Source: Candidatus Poribacteria bacterium (GTDB lineage: Bacteria; Poribacteria; WGA-4E; PCPOR2b). Taken from it: a stretch of 64,000 bases of DNA. The position numbers and the translations under genes are program-made. The stretch is from NCBI GenBank assembly GCA_965208325.1, contig OZ242326.1, positions 1,728,001 to 1,792,000 of the forward strand, read 5' to 3'. Shown piece after piece: positions 10,018 to 19,545 of this stretch (its first letter is position 1; every line of letters begins with the position of its first letter). Below the pieces are notes generated by a model that ran no database searches, was not told the origin of the DNA, and worked only from the letters and a program-made list of their open reading frames with translations.

Positions 10018-11244
10018 TCAATCTAAGGAAGCGTAATATTCAACGATGACCTGCCACGCCTTCTCGCTCATGAATCCGTCGGGCGGGGATTCGCCGTTCC
10101 GCGCGTATTCACGCATCTGCGAACCTGAAACGAAAAGAAAATCCGGGGCGCGGTTGGGTTCAAAAAAGCCCATACTGCCCGCGGCTTTGTCATAAGCCGC
10201 GACGCGGAAAGGGACGATTTTCAGGCGTTCTAGTCCAACCGCCGCCTGTAACGCCTTCACTCCGTGCCAGGGATCGTATAACGGGGCGGACTTGCCGCCG
10301 GAGTCCAGCCGCTCTGGATGCAGCATGCCTGCCGGGTCCCGCCCGACGATGTAGTAATCCGCGCCAGCGTTCATCCGCGCCTTCGCATGCCACTGCACCT
10401 CGGTTGGACCGGCGTAAAGCATCGGACTAGGAAAAATCGAGACGACTGTCGTGTCCGCATCCAGAACACCGTCTTCCAGAACTGCGTCGTGTTGGCGCAT
10501 CCGCACCTGCAACGGCACATCGTCGGCTTTTGTCCAACCGCCGAGTGGATGGAGCAGGAGCATCGGGTTTTGATATCCCTGTTTTTTTAGCTCGTCCCGG
10601 GTCTCGTTCATCAACAGCGCATGACCGTTGTGAATGGGGTTGCGGAGTTGAAACGCATAGACAACATCCGCACCGCGCCGTTTGAATTCGGCGCGAATTT
10701 CCGCAGGACTCAAGCGATATTGATCCAGACCATCGTTGTAGGTGATTCGATCAAAAACTTCGAGTTCCCCGCCGACAAGGTAATTCCCCATCGCATTGAT
10801 TCTCTCGATACTCGGGTGTGCAGGGTGGGTTAAACCGAATGTCCGTGCTGCCCGCTCCTCTTTTGGGTGCGGGTAAAACTCCGGGTCACGTAAGATTGCA
10901 ACGGCATTTCCTTCGGTGTTAACCAGCGCCACTGCTTTCTGATTTTTCAAACGGTTAAAATTGTCGGTAGAAACGTCTAGCGTAATCGGAATGGACATAT
11001 TCACACGCGTCCCGTCGTGCTGGCGTAGGCAGTTAAAATGAAGCGTCTGCAAAAATTCATCTTCGCGCATAAACCCGCGAAGCGGGCTCGCCCATCCTTC
11101 GCTGAGGACATGTACCCACTGGACATCGTAATCGGTAACCGGAAGTTTTGGACGGTCTGTTGCTTCGGCACGTTTTTTTACCCGTTGATTGTCGGGTACG
11201 ATTAAGTCTACTAGAGCACCGCCGTCTGGTGCAATTAAGGACAT
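10018..11244 (-). CDS. sat: Sulfate adenylyltransferase (ATP sulfurylase), plant/metazoan-type sequence
   Basis: AFQLRNPIHNGH, LLLHPLGGWTKADDVPL, YAGPTEVQWHAKAR, YIVGRDPAGM; AGGAG RBS upstream. Confidence 0.95.
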   Translation of the reverse strand: MSLIAPDGGALVDLIVPDNQRVKKRAEATDRPKLPVTDYDVQWVHVLSEGWASPLRGFMREDEFLQTLHFNCLRQHDGTRVNMSIPITLDVSTDNFNRLKNQKAVALVNTEGNAVAILRDPEFYPHPKEERAARTFGLTHPAHPSIERINAMGNYLVGGELEVFDRITYNDGLDQYRLSPAEIRAEFKRRGADVVYAFQLRNPIHNGHALLMNETRDELKKQGYQNPMLLLHPLGGWTKADDVPLQVRMRQHDAVLEDGVLDADTTVVSIFPSPMLYAGPTEVQWHAKARMNAGADYYIVGRDPAGMLHPERLDSGGKSAPLYDPWHGVKALQAAVGLERLKIVPFRVAAYDKAAGSMGFFEPNRAPDFLFVSGSQMREYARNGESPPDGFMSEKAWQVIVEYYASLD

Positions 11245-11345
11245 ATTTTCTCCTCATGATGAGTAAATTTTGGCATGGTATTCAGGTACAATTTGGGACG
11301 ATTATATCACAATTGCGAGATTGAAGTCGAGGCTATTAAATTGTG

Positions 11346-11374
11346 TTGACATAAACCGCAGATCCGCATAAAAT
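11346..11374 (+). promoter_or_regulatory. Sigma70-type promoter of the epimerase-ADH-PhyH unit
   Basis: TTGACA-N17-TAAAAT upstream of 11440. Confidence 0.65.
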
Positions 11375-11439
11375 TAGAGATCGTAAATCGTTCCGGCATC
11401 TATAGGAGACACCGGTGTAATCGGAGGAGAAAAATTCAC

Positions 11440-12315
11440 ATGAAGGGACTAAGTTGTAATTCGGGGCTTTTGTGCAAATACAGCACAGAAGAGGCGATCA
11501 ACATACTCGCAGAACACGGCTATCAAGGTATCGACATAAGTCTTGAAATTGCGCCGCCGTTTTTGCCTATGCCGCCGCCCCACATGAGTCCGGATGACAA
11601 CGCGAGTGCAAGAAGGCGGGTGCGAAAAGCTGCGGAACAAGCCGGAATCACAATCGTTGCGTTGAACGCCCACAATAACCTGATTCATTCTGTGCCCGAG
11701 ACTAGACAGGCGAATTTAGAGTTCGTTAAGGGCACGCTGCAACTCGCGTCTGACCTTGAAGTCCAATGTGTGGTTGCCGGCTCCGGAATGAAAGAATTCT
11801 ACGGATGGGAAAGCCTATACTGGGAATGGATAGTAGATGCCTTGCGGGAATTAGTTTCGGACGCAGACCGCCTGGGAATTTCGCTGGCAGTTGAAGCGGG
11901 CGGGCTTCCCGGTATCCTTGTGCACAATTTGAGTCGTATGCAACGCTTGCTTGAATACGAGGGTTTAGAGTCGTTGGGCGTGCTGTTCGATCCCAGCCAC
12001 TACTATATCAGAGGAGACGATGTACCCGAAGCCTTCAAGGCGTTGAGCCGACGCGTAGCGCACGTGCACGCCAAGGATGCCAAAGGATATGTCGAAGACT
12101 ACGCATTCCCGCCGCTCGGAATGGGCGAAATAGATTTCGAGGCATTGGTATCGGCGATGGCGGCGTGTAACTACACAGGTTACATTTCGGTCGAGTATGA
12201 AGCGTTCGCTTGGGGATATGAAATGGAACCTACACAAGTCCTTTCCCAGGGCAAGATTCTACTAGACGGCATCATTTCCGCGGCTGCGGGACAACCGAAA
12301 CAGCAATCTAGCTAG
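11440..12315 (+). CDS. Sugar phosphate isomerase/epimerase (xylose isomerase-like TIM barrel)
   Basis: LAVE, FDPSH, HVHAKD, PLGMGEIDF, YTGYISVEYE. Confidence 0.9.
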   Translation: MKGLSCNSGLLCKYSTEEAINILAEHGYQGIDISLEIAPPFLPMPPPHMSPDDNASARRRVRKAAEQAGITIVALNAHNNLIHSVPETRQANLEFVKGTLQLASDLEVQCVVAGSGMKEFYGWESLYWEWIVDALRELVSDADRLGISLAVEAGGLPGILVHNLSRMQRLLEYEGLESLGVLFDPSHYYIRGDDVPEAFKALSRRVAHVHAKDAKGYVEDYAFPPLGMGEIDFEALVSAMAACNYTGYISVEYEAFAWGYEMEPTQVLSQGKILLDGIISAAAGQPKQQSS

Positions 12316-12380
12316 AATTTTAGAGAAACTGATCCGCAATCCTGTCGAGAATTCAAGATGAAGACAAGGGGGAACATACC

Positions 12381-13430
12381 ATGCTAGCTGCCGTTCTGAA
12401 AGAATTAAGCAAACCCTTGCGCATTGAGGAGGTGGAAACGCCGTCGCCCGATCCGGACGAGGTTTTGGTGCAAGTTATGGCATGCGGCACGGATGCGACC
12501 GATCTAAAGATGATTGATGGATTCGGTTACGCGCCCGATTTGCCGTTCATCACGGGCCATGAAATTGCCGGCGTCGTCTCTGAATTTGGCAACCAAGTAA
12601 CCGATTTCAAACCTGGCGACCGGGTCGTCGCCCACAATTTCTTTACGTGCGGCAAGTGCTTGCTCTGCCGCACAAACCGGGAGCAGTTGTGTATCGACAT
12701 GTCCGGTGTCATGGGTGCAAGGATAAAACACGGCGGCCACGCAGAATACGTCCTTGTCCCCGCTCGGCAGCTTGTTTCAGTTCCGGACGGAGTGCCTTGG
12801 CCGGATGCTGCGGTGTGCTGCGACGCCGGAATCACGGCATTTCACGCGGTGGATAGAGCGGAGGTAAGCTTAGGCGAAACTCTGGTCGTTATCGGAGTCG
12901 GCGGCGTGGGGTCTGTCGTTACCCAACTGGCAAAGGCGGCTGGCGCATATGTCATCGCCGTTGACCGATTGGCGGTAAAGGTGGCGCGCGGCCTCGAAAT
13001 GGGAGCTGATGTCGCGCTCAATGCCAGCGAAACGGATGTCGAAACAGAAGTCCGCGAACTCACCGATGGGCTCGGTGCGGACTGCGTGATTGATGTCGTC
13101 GGCAACAAAGAGACACTGACGTATGGGGTCAACACGTTGCGCCACGGCGGGCGATTGCTCGTCGTAGGTTACACGCCGGAACTATACGAACTCAGTGGAA
13201 GACAACTTGCCCAGAACGAGTTGATGCTTATCGGTTCGCGGTGCGGCCGGCTTCAGGATTTGGCCAGTGCTGTTCGGTTGGTTGCGGAAGGAAAAATAAA
13301 ATCCATCGTCACCGATTTGTATCCATTGGAAAAAATCAATGATGCGTTGGATGACTTACGCGCGAGCAAAGTGCTGGGGCGGGCTGTCTTACTCACACCC
13401 GCTGGTAGGAAGGCAATGGAACAGGTGTAA
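12381..13430 (+). CDS. Zinc-dependent medium-chain alcohol dehydrogenase
   Basis: GHE, structural-Zn CGKCLLC..C, NAD-binding GVGGVG. Confidence 0.92.
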   Translation: MLAAVLKELSKPLRIEEVETPSPDPDEVLVQVMACGTDATDLKMIDGFGYAPDLPFITGHEIAGVVSEFGNQVTDFKPGDRVVAHNFFTCGKCLLCRTNREQLCIDMSGVMGARIKHGGHAEYVLVPARQLVSVPDGVPWPDAAVCCDAGITAFHAVDRAEVSLGETLVVIGVGGVGSVVTQLAKAAGAYVIAVDRLAVKVARGLEMGADVALNASETDVETEVRELTDGLGADCVIDVVGNKETLTYGVNTLRHGGRLLVVGYTPELYELSGRQLAQNELMLIGSRCGRLQDLASAVRLVAEGKIKSIVTDLYPLEKINDALDDLRASKVLGRAVLLTPAGRKAMEQV

Positions 13431-13479
13431 ACGATGCGGGGACTCATGTTTACGTCGTCGAACTTAATCCTTCGCTGAG

Positions 13480-14325
13480 GTGATTGTGATGGATGGAACA
13501 CGCGTTGATGACCGCGACTGGTCAGCTTTGACCTTGGGCGAACAGATTCGACAGATAGAAGTCGAAGGATATCTACTGTTACCAAACCTGTTGTCTCCCA
13601 ACCAAATTGCTCGGCTCAAGGCAGAAACGGCAAAGTTGGAAACCAGCGCCGTGGATTACAGCGTGCACCAGCGGGGGCGCTCAAACATTCAGTTTCTCGG
13701 CGGAGCGATAACCGAACTCGCCGCACATCCGGCAACCTTATCCTTTCTGCGGAGGCTACTCGGTGATGAAGTCATTCTCATGAGCTATGGTTACGCCCGT
13801 TCGGAACCCGGGCATCCGGGCATCAGCCTGCACACAGACGGACAACCCTATGGATCGCAGATTTTTGGATATGAGGGGAGTGTCCCCGTCATGGTACGGG
13901 TGTTGTATTACCTCGACAATCTTACGCCTGAAATTTCCCCGTTCCGTGTTGTACCCCGCTCTCATCTATGTATGCACGCCGACGCGAACCCCTACAAACG
14001 CTATGAATCCCATCCCGAAGAGGTCATGGTGCCAGCGAAAGCGGGGTCCGCGGTAATGATTAACCACCGAGTTTTCCACGGCAATTACCCCAACACTGGC
14101 GACCGTCCGCGGGAGATGTTGGCGATTGCTTATCGGCCTGCTTGGGCAAGCCCAATTAAGGATGTACCGCCTTGGGACGAAGCCGGTTTAACCAAACTGC
14201 CCGATTCGGTACGCCCGCTTTACGCCGACCGGAATACCCGTCATTGGGACTTTCATGGAGGCAATAAACCCCCAAATATGGCGCCCGAAGCGCCCGGCAT
14301 GAACCCGAGCCGATGGATCGACTGA
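13480..14325 (+). CDS. Phytanoyl-CoA dioxygenase (PhyH)-family Fe/2OG enzyme
   Basis: EGYLLLPNLL, HTD, VVPRSH, AGSAVM, distal FHG, then R. Confidence 0.88.
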   Translation: MIVMDGTRVDDRDWSALTLGEQIRQIEVEGYLLLPNLLSPNQIARLKAETAKLETSAVDYSVHQRGRSNIQFLGGAITELAAHPATLSFLRRLLGDEVILMSYGYARSEPGHPGISLHTDGQPYGSQIFGYEGSVPVMVRVLYYLDNLTPEISPFRVVPRSHLCMHADANPYKRYESHPEEVMVPAKAGSAVMINHRVFHGNYPNTGDRPREMLAIAYRPAWASPIKDVPPWDEAGLTKLPDSVRPLYADRNTRHWDFHGGNKPPNMAPEAPGMNPSRWID

Positions 14326-14359
14326 TGGTTTGATTATTTCCGCTGAAATTTATATCACG

Positions 14360-14989
14360 ATGAACAAGAATTGCGCAAATTCATGGCGCGCATTGACCGC
14401 GAAGCGATTTTTTGACGTTATGTTTTCGGTATTGGGCCTTCTCGCCGCGCTTCCCCTTTTTCTGATGATTGCGTTTGCTATCAAGCTCGATTCAAAGGGT
14501 CCAGTGTTCTTTAAACACCAGCGCATCGGATTAAATGGCATCCCTTTCCTAATGTACAAGTTTCGCACAATGGTGGCGAGCGCCGCAAGCATCGGCCCGG
14601 GCATCACCTATCACGAGGACACCCGAATCACCGCGCTCGGACAACTCTTGCGTAAAACAAAGCTAGACGAGCTGCCTCAAATGATAAATGTCTGGAGAGG
14701 GGAAATGAGTTTTGTCGGGCCTCGCCCAGAAGTGCCAAACTATGTTAAACACTATTCTCCAGAGCAAGTGCATGTCCTTACGGCAAAACCAGGTATTACC
14801 GGTCCTGCCCAGATTGAGTGGCGGGATGAAGCTTCATACATCCGAGATGTGGAAAAAATTGATGAAGTATATGTTCAACAGATAATGCCCAAAAAACTTG
14901 TTCTCGACCTCGAATACGTGAAATCGCCAATATCGCTCATGAAGGATGTACAATATATTCTCACAACCGTCAGAACGCTTCTAAGTTAG
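14360..14989 (+). CDS. Bacterial sugar transferase (polyprenyl-phosphate phosphoglycosyl transferase)
   Basis: KRFFD, YKFRTM, LRKTKLDELPQ, GEMSFVGPRPE, KPGITGPAQ. Confidence 0.93.
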   Translation: MNKNCANSWRALTAKRFFDVMFSVLGLLAALPLFLMIAFAIKLDSKGPVFFKHQRIGLNGIPFLMYKFRTMVASAASIGPGITYHEDTRITALGQLLRKTKLDELPQMINVWRGEMSFVGPRPEVPNYVKHYSPEQVHVLTAKPGITGPAQIEWRDEASYIRDVEKIDEVYVQQIMPKKLVLDLEYVKSPISLMKDVQYILTTVRTLLS

Positions 14990-15129
14990 ATTTCTCACGA
15001 ACACCAAATCTGCCATGCTTGAATTCGGCGGATACCGTTGACGCCGTTGACGCTGAATCGCTGTATGCCGTGCTCTTCCAAACCGTTTTGCTGTCCGCAA
15101 TTCAAGCCGTGCGCTTACGGTTAATTTGG

Positions 15130-15846
15130 TTAAATCTCTCTGCCTTCCCAGTCTCGTAGGACTGCTCGAAGATCCTCTGTTCTATCAATCCACCAAAATT
15201 TTTCATTTTCGTCCATCCGGTAACCGTATAGATTCTGGCCTGATTTTAATAGCTCGGGAAAGAGATGCCGCCCAAAATCATAGTTTTGGTTTTCCGGGAT
15301 GTGATTTAGGATGTCGGGCTCTAACACGTACACGCCGGCGTTGACCCAATGGCTAAACACCTGGTAAGGGGACGGTTTTTCTAAAAATCGCAGGATTCGG
15401 CAATCCTCATTAAAGTCAACAATTCCGACTTGAGAAACCTCCTCGCGCCAATGCAGCGCTATTGTAGCAATACCCCCTTTTTTGTTGTGAAAGTCAACAA
15501 GTTGGGCCAAGTTGAGATGGCAGAGATTGTCGCCGTACCAGAGGATGAATGTTTCGTCAAAAAAATCAGGGATTACCTTCAATGCGCCCGCCGTGCCCAG
15601 AAGCGATTCTTCATAAGAGTAACGGATTTTTACACCCCACTTCGCGCCGTCTCCAAAATAGTCCATAATGACACCCGGGCAGTAGTGGAGATTGATTGCG
15701 ATATCCTTGATTCCGTATGCCGTTAGGCTTTCGACGTTATGCTCCAAGATTGGTTTTCCACCAATTTGCACCATCGGTTTAGGTATTTTGTCCGTGTAGG
15801 GTCTAAGCCGAGTACCCTGACCCGCGGCTAATAGCATCGCCCTCAT
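15130..15846 (-). CDS. Sugar-1-phosphate nucleotidyltransferase (mannose/heptose-1-P guanylyltransferase-like)
   Basis: LLAAGQGTRLRP, PKPMV, LGTAGAL, FLEKP, VNAGVY. Confidence 0.88.
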   Translation of the reverse strand: MRAMLLAAGQGTRLRPYTDKIPKPMVQIGGKPILEHNVESLTAYGIKDIAINLHYCPGVIMDYFGDGAKWGVKIRYSYEESLLGTAGALKVIPDFFDETFILWYGDNLCHLNLAQLVDFHNKKGGIATIALHWREEVSQVGIVDFNEDCRILRFLEKPSPYQVFSHWVNAGVYVLEPDILNHIPENQNYDFGRHLFPELLKSGQNLYGYRMDENEKFWWIDRTEDLRAVLRDWEGREI

Positions 15847-15960
15847 TCGATATCCTCAATCTTGTATGTCAATAGAGTTGGTCATCTCGCCGGTTCACAC
15901 CCATTCAACCATCACGGTTTTCGTTCGCTTAAACATACTTCAGCACATCGTCTCCGCTTT

Positions 15961-16689
15961 TCACTCTTGTATTTTGTTTTGGCATTGATTGAGCATCTGG
16001 TTTGCGATAAATAAGGATTCAAAAGTGCCGGCGTCAGTCCAATCACCTTCAAGAATATCGTGCTTGAGTTCAGACCGCTTTATATATTCATTGTTCACAT
16101 CGGTGATTTCGAGTTCACCTCTTTCCGAGGGACGCTGTTTTTCAATAAAGTCAAATACCTGCTGGTCGTACATATAATATCCGATGACGGCGAAATTGGT
16201 TTTGGGTTTACCGGGTTTTTCTATGATTTCAACTATATTTTCTTCATCCAGCGCGGCAATCCCGTACCGCGTCGGCTCGCCAACCTCTTTCAATAAGACT
16301 CTCGCCCCCCGTTCCTGCCGGCTGAAATTATTTACATAAGGTTTTATCGATTTAACAGCGATATTGTCGCCAAGCACAACCACAATTCTCTCACCCTTGG
16401 CAAAATTCTCCGCGAGCAGCAGGGCGTGGGCAATCCCTCCAGATTTCTCTTGTACCTTGTAGCTGAAGTCGACGCCAAACTCGTTGCCGCTTCCGAGCAG
16501 ATTGACAACGTCTCCCATGTGCTCGGTACTGGTCACAACCAAGATTTCTGTGATACCTGCCGAAACAAGCTGCTTAATCGGATTAAGAATCATCGGCTCT
16601 CTCCCCACGGGAAGGAGATGCTTGTTTGTTACCTTTGTTAAAGGATAAAGACGAACACCTTTACCGCCCGCCAAAATGACACCCTTCAT
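15961..16689 (-). CDS. Glucose-1-phosphate thymidylyltransferase-like (RmlA/SpsI family)
   Basis: GVILAGGKGVRLYPLT, KHLLPV, LGDN, SERGELEITDVN, WTDAGTFESL. Confidence 0.9.
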   Translation of the reverse strand: MKGVILAGGKGVRLYPLTKVTNKHLLPVGREPMILNPIKQLVSAGITEILVVTSTEHMGDVVNLLGSGNEFGVDFSYKVQEKSGGIAHALLLAENFAKGERIVVVLGDNIAVKSIKPYVNNFSRQERGARVLLKEVGEPTRYGIAALDEENIVEIIEKPGKPKTNFAVIGYYMYDQQVFDFIEKQRPSERGELEITDVNNEYIKRSELKHDILEGDWTDAGTFESLFIANQMLNQCQNKIQE

Positions 16690-16762
16690 TTCAAATACGT
16701 CCTATCGTACCCATTCATAGTGAACCTTGGGCGTGCTGCCATTTGTAAAGCCATTTGTTTTC

Positions 16763-16785
16763 GTAGGGGCGAGGTTTCATCGCCC
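16763..16785 (+). repeat. GTAG-type REP-like palindrome
   Basis: GTAG-G-GGCGA-GGTTTCA-TCGCC-C. Confidence 0.6.
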
Positions 16786-16939
16786 ATTGGCCAAGCTAGT
16801 TGGAAAATTCAAACCTTGTAGGTTGAACGATTACAAATGTTGGTTCAGATTCATATCTCGACGCCGAAACGCTAACTCTGGAAAAATTGCCCCCCAGAAG
16901 CAAATATCAACAGAACCCATTGCTCGGAATATAAGATAA

Positions 16940-17512
16940 TCACCCAGTTTCATCCACGGCAAGATTAGCATCAATGAAACTGCACATGATGTGGCCGATG
17001 ATGAGATGCGCTTCCTGAATGTGCGCGGTAATATCGGAAGGTACAGAAATACATAAATCCACTATGTCTTTCAAAATACCCCCGCCTCTTCCCGTCAACC
17101 CAACCGTGAATAAACCTATTTCCCTAGCTTTTCGCATTGCATGAAGGACATTCGCACTGCTGCCCGAAGTCGATATCCCAATTAGGAGATCGTCCGGCCG
17201 CCCCAAGGCTTCAACCTGACGTTCGAACACCCGTTCATAACCGTAGTCGTTTGAAATCGCGGTTAACGCGGAGGTATCCGCAGTTAAAGCGATTGCAGGA
17301 TAACCGTTTCGTTCCTTAACGAAGCGGCCGACAATCTCGGCTGCCAGATGCTGGCATTCGGCGGCGCTGCCGCCATTGCCGCAAAAGAAGATGGTGCGGC
17401 CGGTCTTCAACGTTTCAACCGCCTTTTCGCCCAATTGCTGAATGGGATCGGAATGCTCGCTACTCAGCCGCTGTATCACACCAATATGTTCTTGGAGAAT
17501 TTCATCTATCAT
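16940..17512 (-). CDS. gmhA: D-sedoheptulose-7-phosphate isomerase
   Basis: CGNGGSAAECQH, TAISNDYGY, ISTSGSS, HIQEAH. Confidence 0.95.
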   Translation of the reverse strand: MIDEILQEHIGVIQRLSSEHSDPIQQLGEKAVETLKTGRTIFFCGNGGSAAECQHLAAEIVGRFVKERNGYPAIALTADTSALTAISNDYGYERVFERQVEALGRPDDLLIGISTSGSSANVLHAMRKAREIGLFTVGLTGRGGGILKDIVDLCISVPSDITAHIQEAHLIIGHIMCSFIDANLAVDETG

Positions 17513-17754
17513 GCAATGTTCTATAGATGGTAATGTTCAAGAGGATGTTTTACCTACGTTGCTGCATTCGCCGGAGAATCATCCCCCCTGCCAAGGAGGA
17601 ACTAGAGGGGGTCGGGTAGATTTCACTCCTGCCAAATCCGATAGCTCGTCGGAATTGAATTATCGAGGCCACTTGAGACATAGTCGCAGATTTCAATCAT
17701 GTTTTTGCCGAATACACCATTTTATTTGGACCATGCAAAATATCAAAGCAGGCG

Positions 17755-18492
17755 TCAATTTCTGGTGCTAGGCATGGAATCGAAGCCAAGCAGCCGTTTT
17801 AATCTCGGTGCGGCGCGATTCAGCACTGTATCGGATGCAAGTTTTGCGTGGTCCTGCTGCGGTTTCATGAACGCTCGACAGAAAAAACCGAGCAGTGCAA
17901 CCCGATCCCGATTCGTGCAATTCGCGGAGGATCCGTGCCAAGCAGAACCATTGACAATCAATACCGAACCTTTCGGGCCGGGTATTTGTACTTCATCGTC
18001 ATACTCGACGCCGGGCTCCGGCATCGCTTCAAGCCGGCGGTGGCTGCCGGGGACGCAACTGGTCGCGCCGTTCTCAAGCGTAAAATCGTCGAGAAACCAG
18101 ACACTGTTGGCAACGATGGGGAAACTCGGACGAGGTGTAGGCATAGCACTCAATGGGTAGTCGATATGGAGGCCGCCATCCGGAGCACCGGGACCGATAA
18201 CGTTGACCGAAAAAGAACTAAGTGTACAGTCTTCACCGAGCAGATACTCGATTGGCGCGAGAATGCGCGGATGCTGAATCGCATTTTCAAACAATTCTCC
18301 TTTGTTGACCAAGTTCCAGACCCGCTGGGCGCAGTCTTCAAAATACATAAAGCCGCACCCAGCTTCTCGCTCCTCCGAAGCAAGAGAAATTGACAGACTT
18401 CGTAATTGATCGGCCTCGTCCTTCGTGATGACATTCTTCAGAAGGACATAGCCGTGTTCATCAAGTTGCCATTTCTCTGAATCTGCCAGCAT
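17755..18492 (-). CDS. PhyH-family Fe/2OG dioxygenase
   Basis: GYVLLKNV, LHID, LDDFTLENGATSCVPGSH, WHG, RVAL. Confidence 0.9.
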   Translation of the reverse strand: MLADSEKWQLDEHGYVLLKNVITKDEADQLRSLSISLASEEREAGCGFMYFEDCAQRVWNLVNKGELFENAIQHPRILAPIEYLLGEDCTLSSFSVNVIGPGAPDGGLHIDYPLSAMPTPRPSFPIVANSVWFLDDFTLENGATSCVPGSHRRLEAMPEPGVEYDDEVQIPGPKGSVLIVNGSAWHGSSANCTNRDRVALLGFFCRAFMKPQQDHAKLASDTVLNRAAPRLKRLLGFDSMPSTRN

Positions 18493-18603
18493 TCAATCTC
18501 GCTCCAATAATTTGGATTTTTACCACTGCCTAGTTTCAAACGCCCTTTCAATTTGCATATTGATTTATTTGAGGCTCGACATTCTGTTTTGCTGGATTTT
18601 CTT

Positions 18604-19410
18604 TCAGGGACTGTTATCGGTATTGACCGGACCTTCATCATTGTTGACAAATCGATCCATCGTGTTTTGCGTAAATGGGGACGTTCGGAAGTCGGCGATC
18701 CACGGTTCACGAAAGTAAGCCTGTTTCTCCCGCGGCAGTCCCGCCAACACCTCTCGCGGGACGGTGAGGCGGTGCCAATTTGTGGCAAGGTGGGAATAAG
18801 CGTTGAACACAGCGATACGCGGCGTATCACGCTGCCAAGGGGGACCGGCGTGGCAAAGGCTCTCCGTGAAAATAACCGCGCTGCCCGCCGGACACTCGAA
18901 ACTCCTCAAAAACTCGCTGCGCTGGCCCGGCTCCAACGACATATGATCCGGATGCATCGGGAAGTTTGCCTTATGGCTGCCAACGATGAAATGCGTCGCT
19001 CCATCTTCTTTGCCGATTTCCGTCAGTTCGAAAACCACCCGCACCATCCCGGCGTGAATGCGCCCATCCTTGACACGATACCCAAAAATAGGATCGGCTT
19101 GTATCGGCCCTCCGCCGTGAAGCGGTCCGGGCGACTCGCCTTTATTGCGCCAGATACAGAAGCTGCTTTCAATCCGCACATCAGGTCCGATGACTTCGTG
19201 AATTACGTCGATGACTTTCGGATGGTCAATCAGCAGGCTGGAGGGGCCTCCCGGTACGGCTCGATGTGCGGGAGGCAGTGATTCAGGGTCATGTATGATA
19301 CGGTCAATTTGGTCAATGATTGCGTCAATTTCATCCGAAGCCAGAATTGCCGGGCGTATCAAAAACCCGGCAAGGTCAAACCGAAAACGTTCTTCATCGG
19401 TCATCGCCAT
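18604..19410 (-). CDS. PhyH-family Fe/2OG enzyme with an HxG metal motif (candidate halogenase)
   Basis: FDLAGFLI, LHGGG, DGATHFIVGSHK, PAGSAVIFTESLCHAG, PRIAV; GGAGG before ATG 19410. Confidence 0.85.
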   Translation of the reverse strand: MAMTDEERFRFDLAGFLIRPAILASDEIDAIIDQIDRIIHDPESLPPAHRAVPGGPSSLLIDHPKVIDVIHEVIGPDVRIESSFCIWRNKGESPGPLHGGGPIQADPIFGYRVKDGRIHAGMVRVVFELTEIGKEDGATHFIVGSHKANFPMHPDHMSLEPGQRSEFLRSFECPAGSAVIFTESLCHAGPPWQRDTPRIAVFNAYSHLATNWHRLTVPREVLAGLPREKQAYFREPWIADFRTSPFTQNTMDRFVNNDEGPVNTDNSP

Positions 19411-19545
19411 GGTTCTATCCTCCAATTTATTGGGTTGTGAGACATGGCATTCGGACTAACTAGCGTCGTGCATCTTATTCTGCGCTAGGTTCGTTTTACA
19501 GGACAAGAATTCGGCAATTCGATGCGTTGGTTTCCCGCCAATTGT

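Noticed and set aside
17583..17615. CCCCCCTGCCAAGGAGG...AGGGGG, possible repeat element
   Set aside because: Single degenerate copy in the window; cannot be supported
18553..19281. 242-aa plus-strand ORF (likewise 9219-9869, 52638-53312 and other overlapping ORFs)
   Set aside because: Antisense shadows of well-supported genes, with no recognisable motifs
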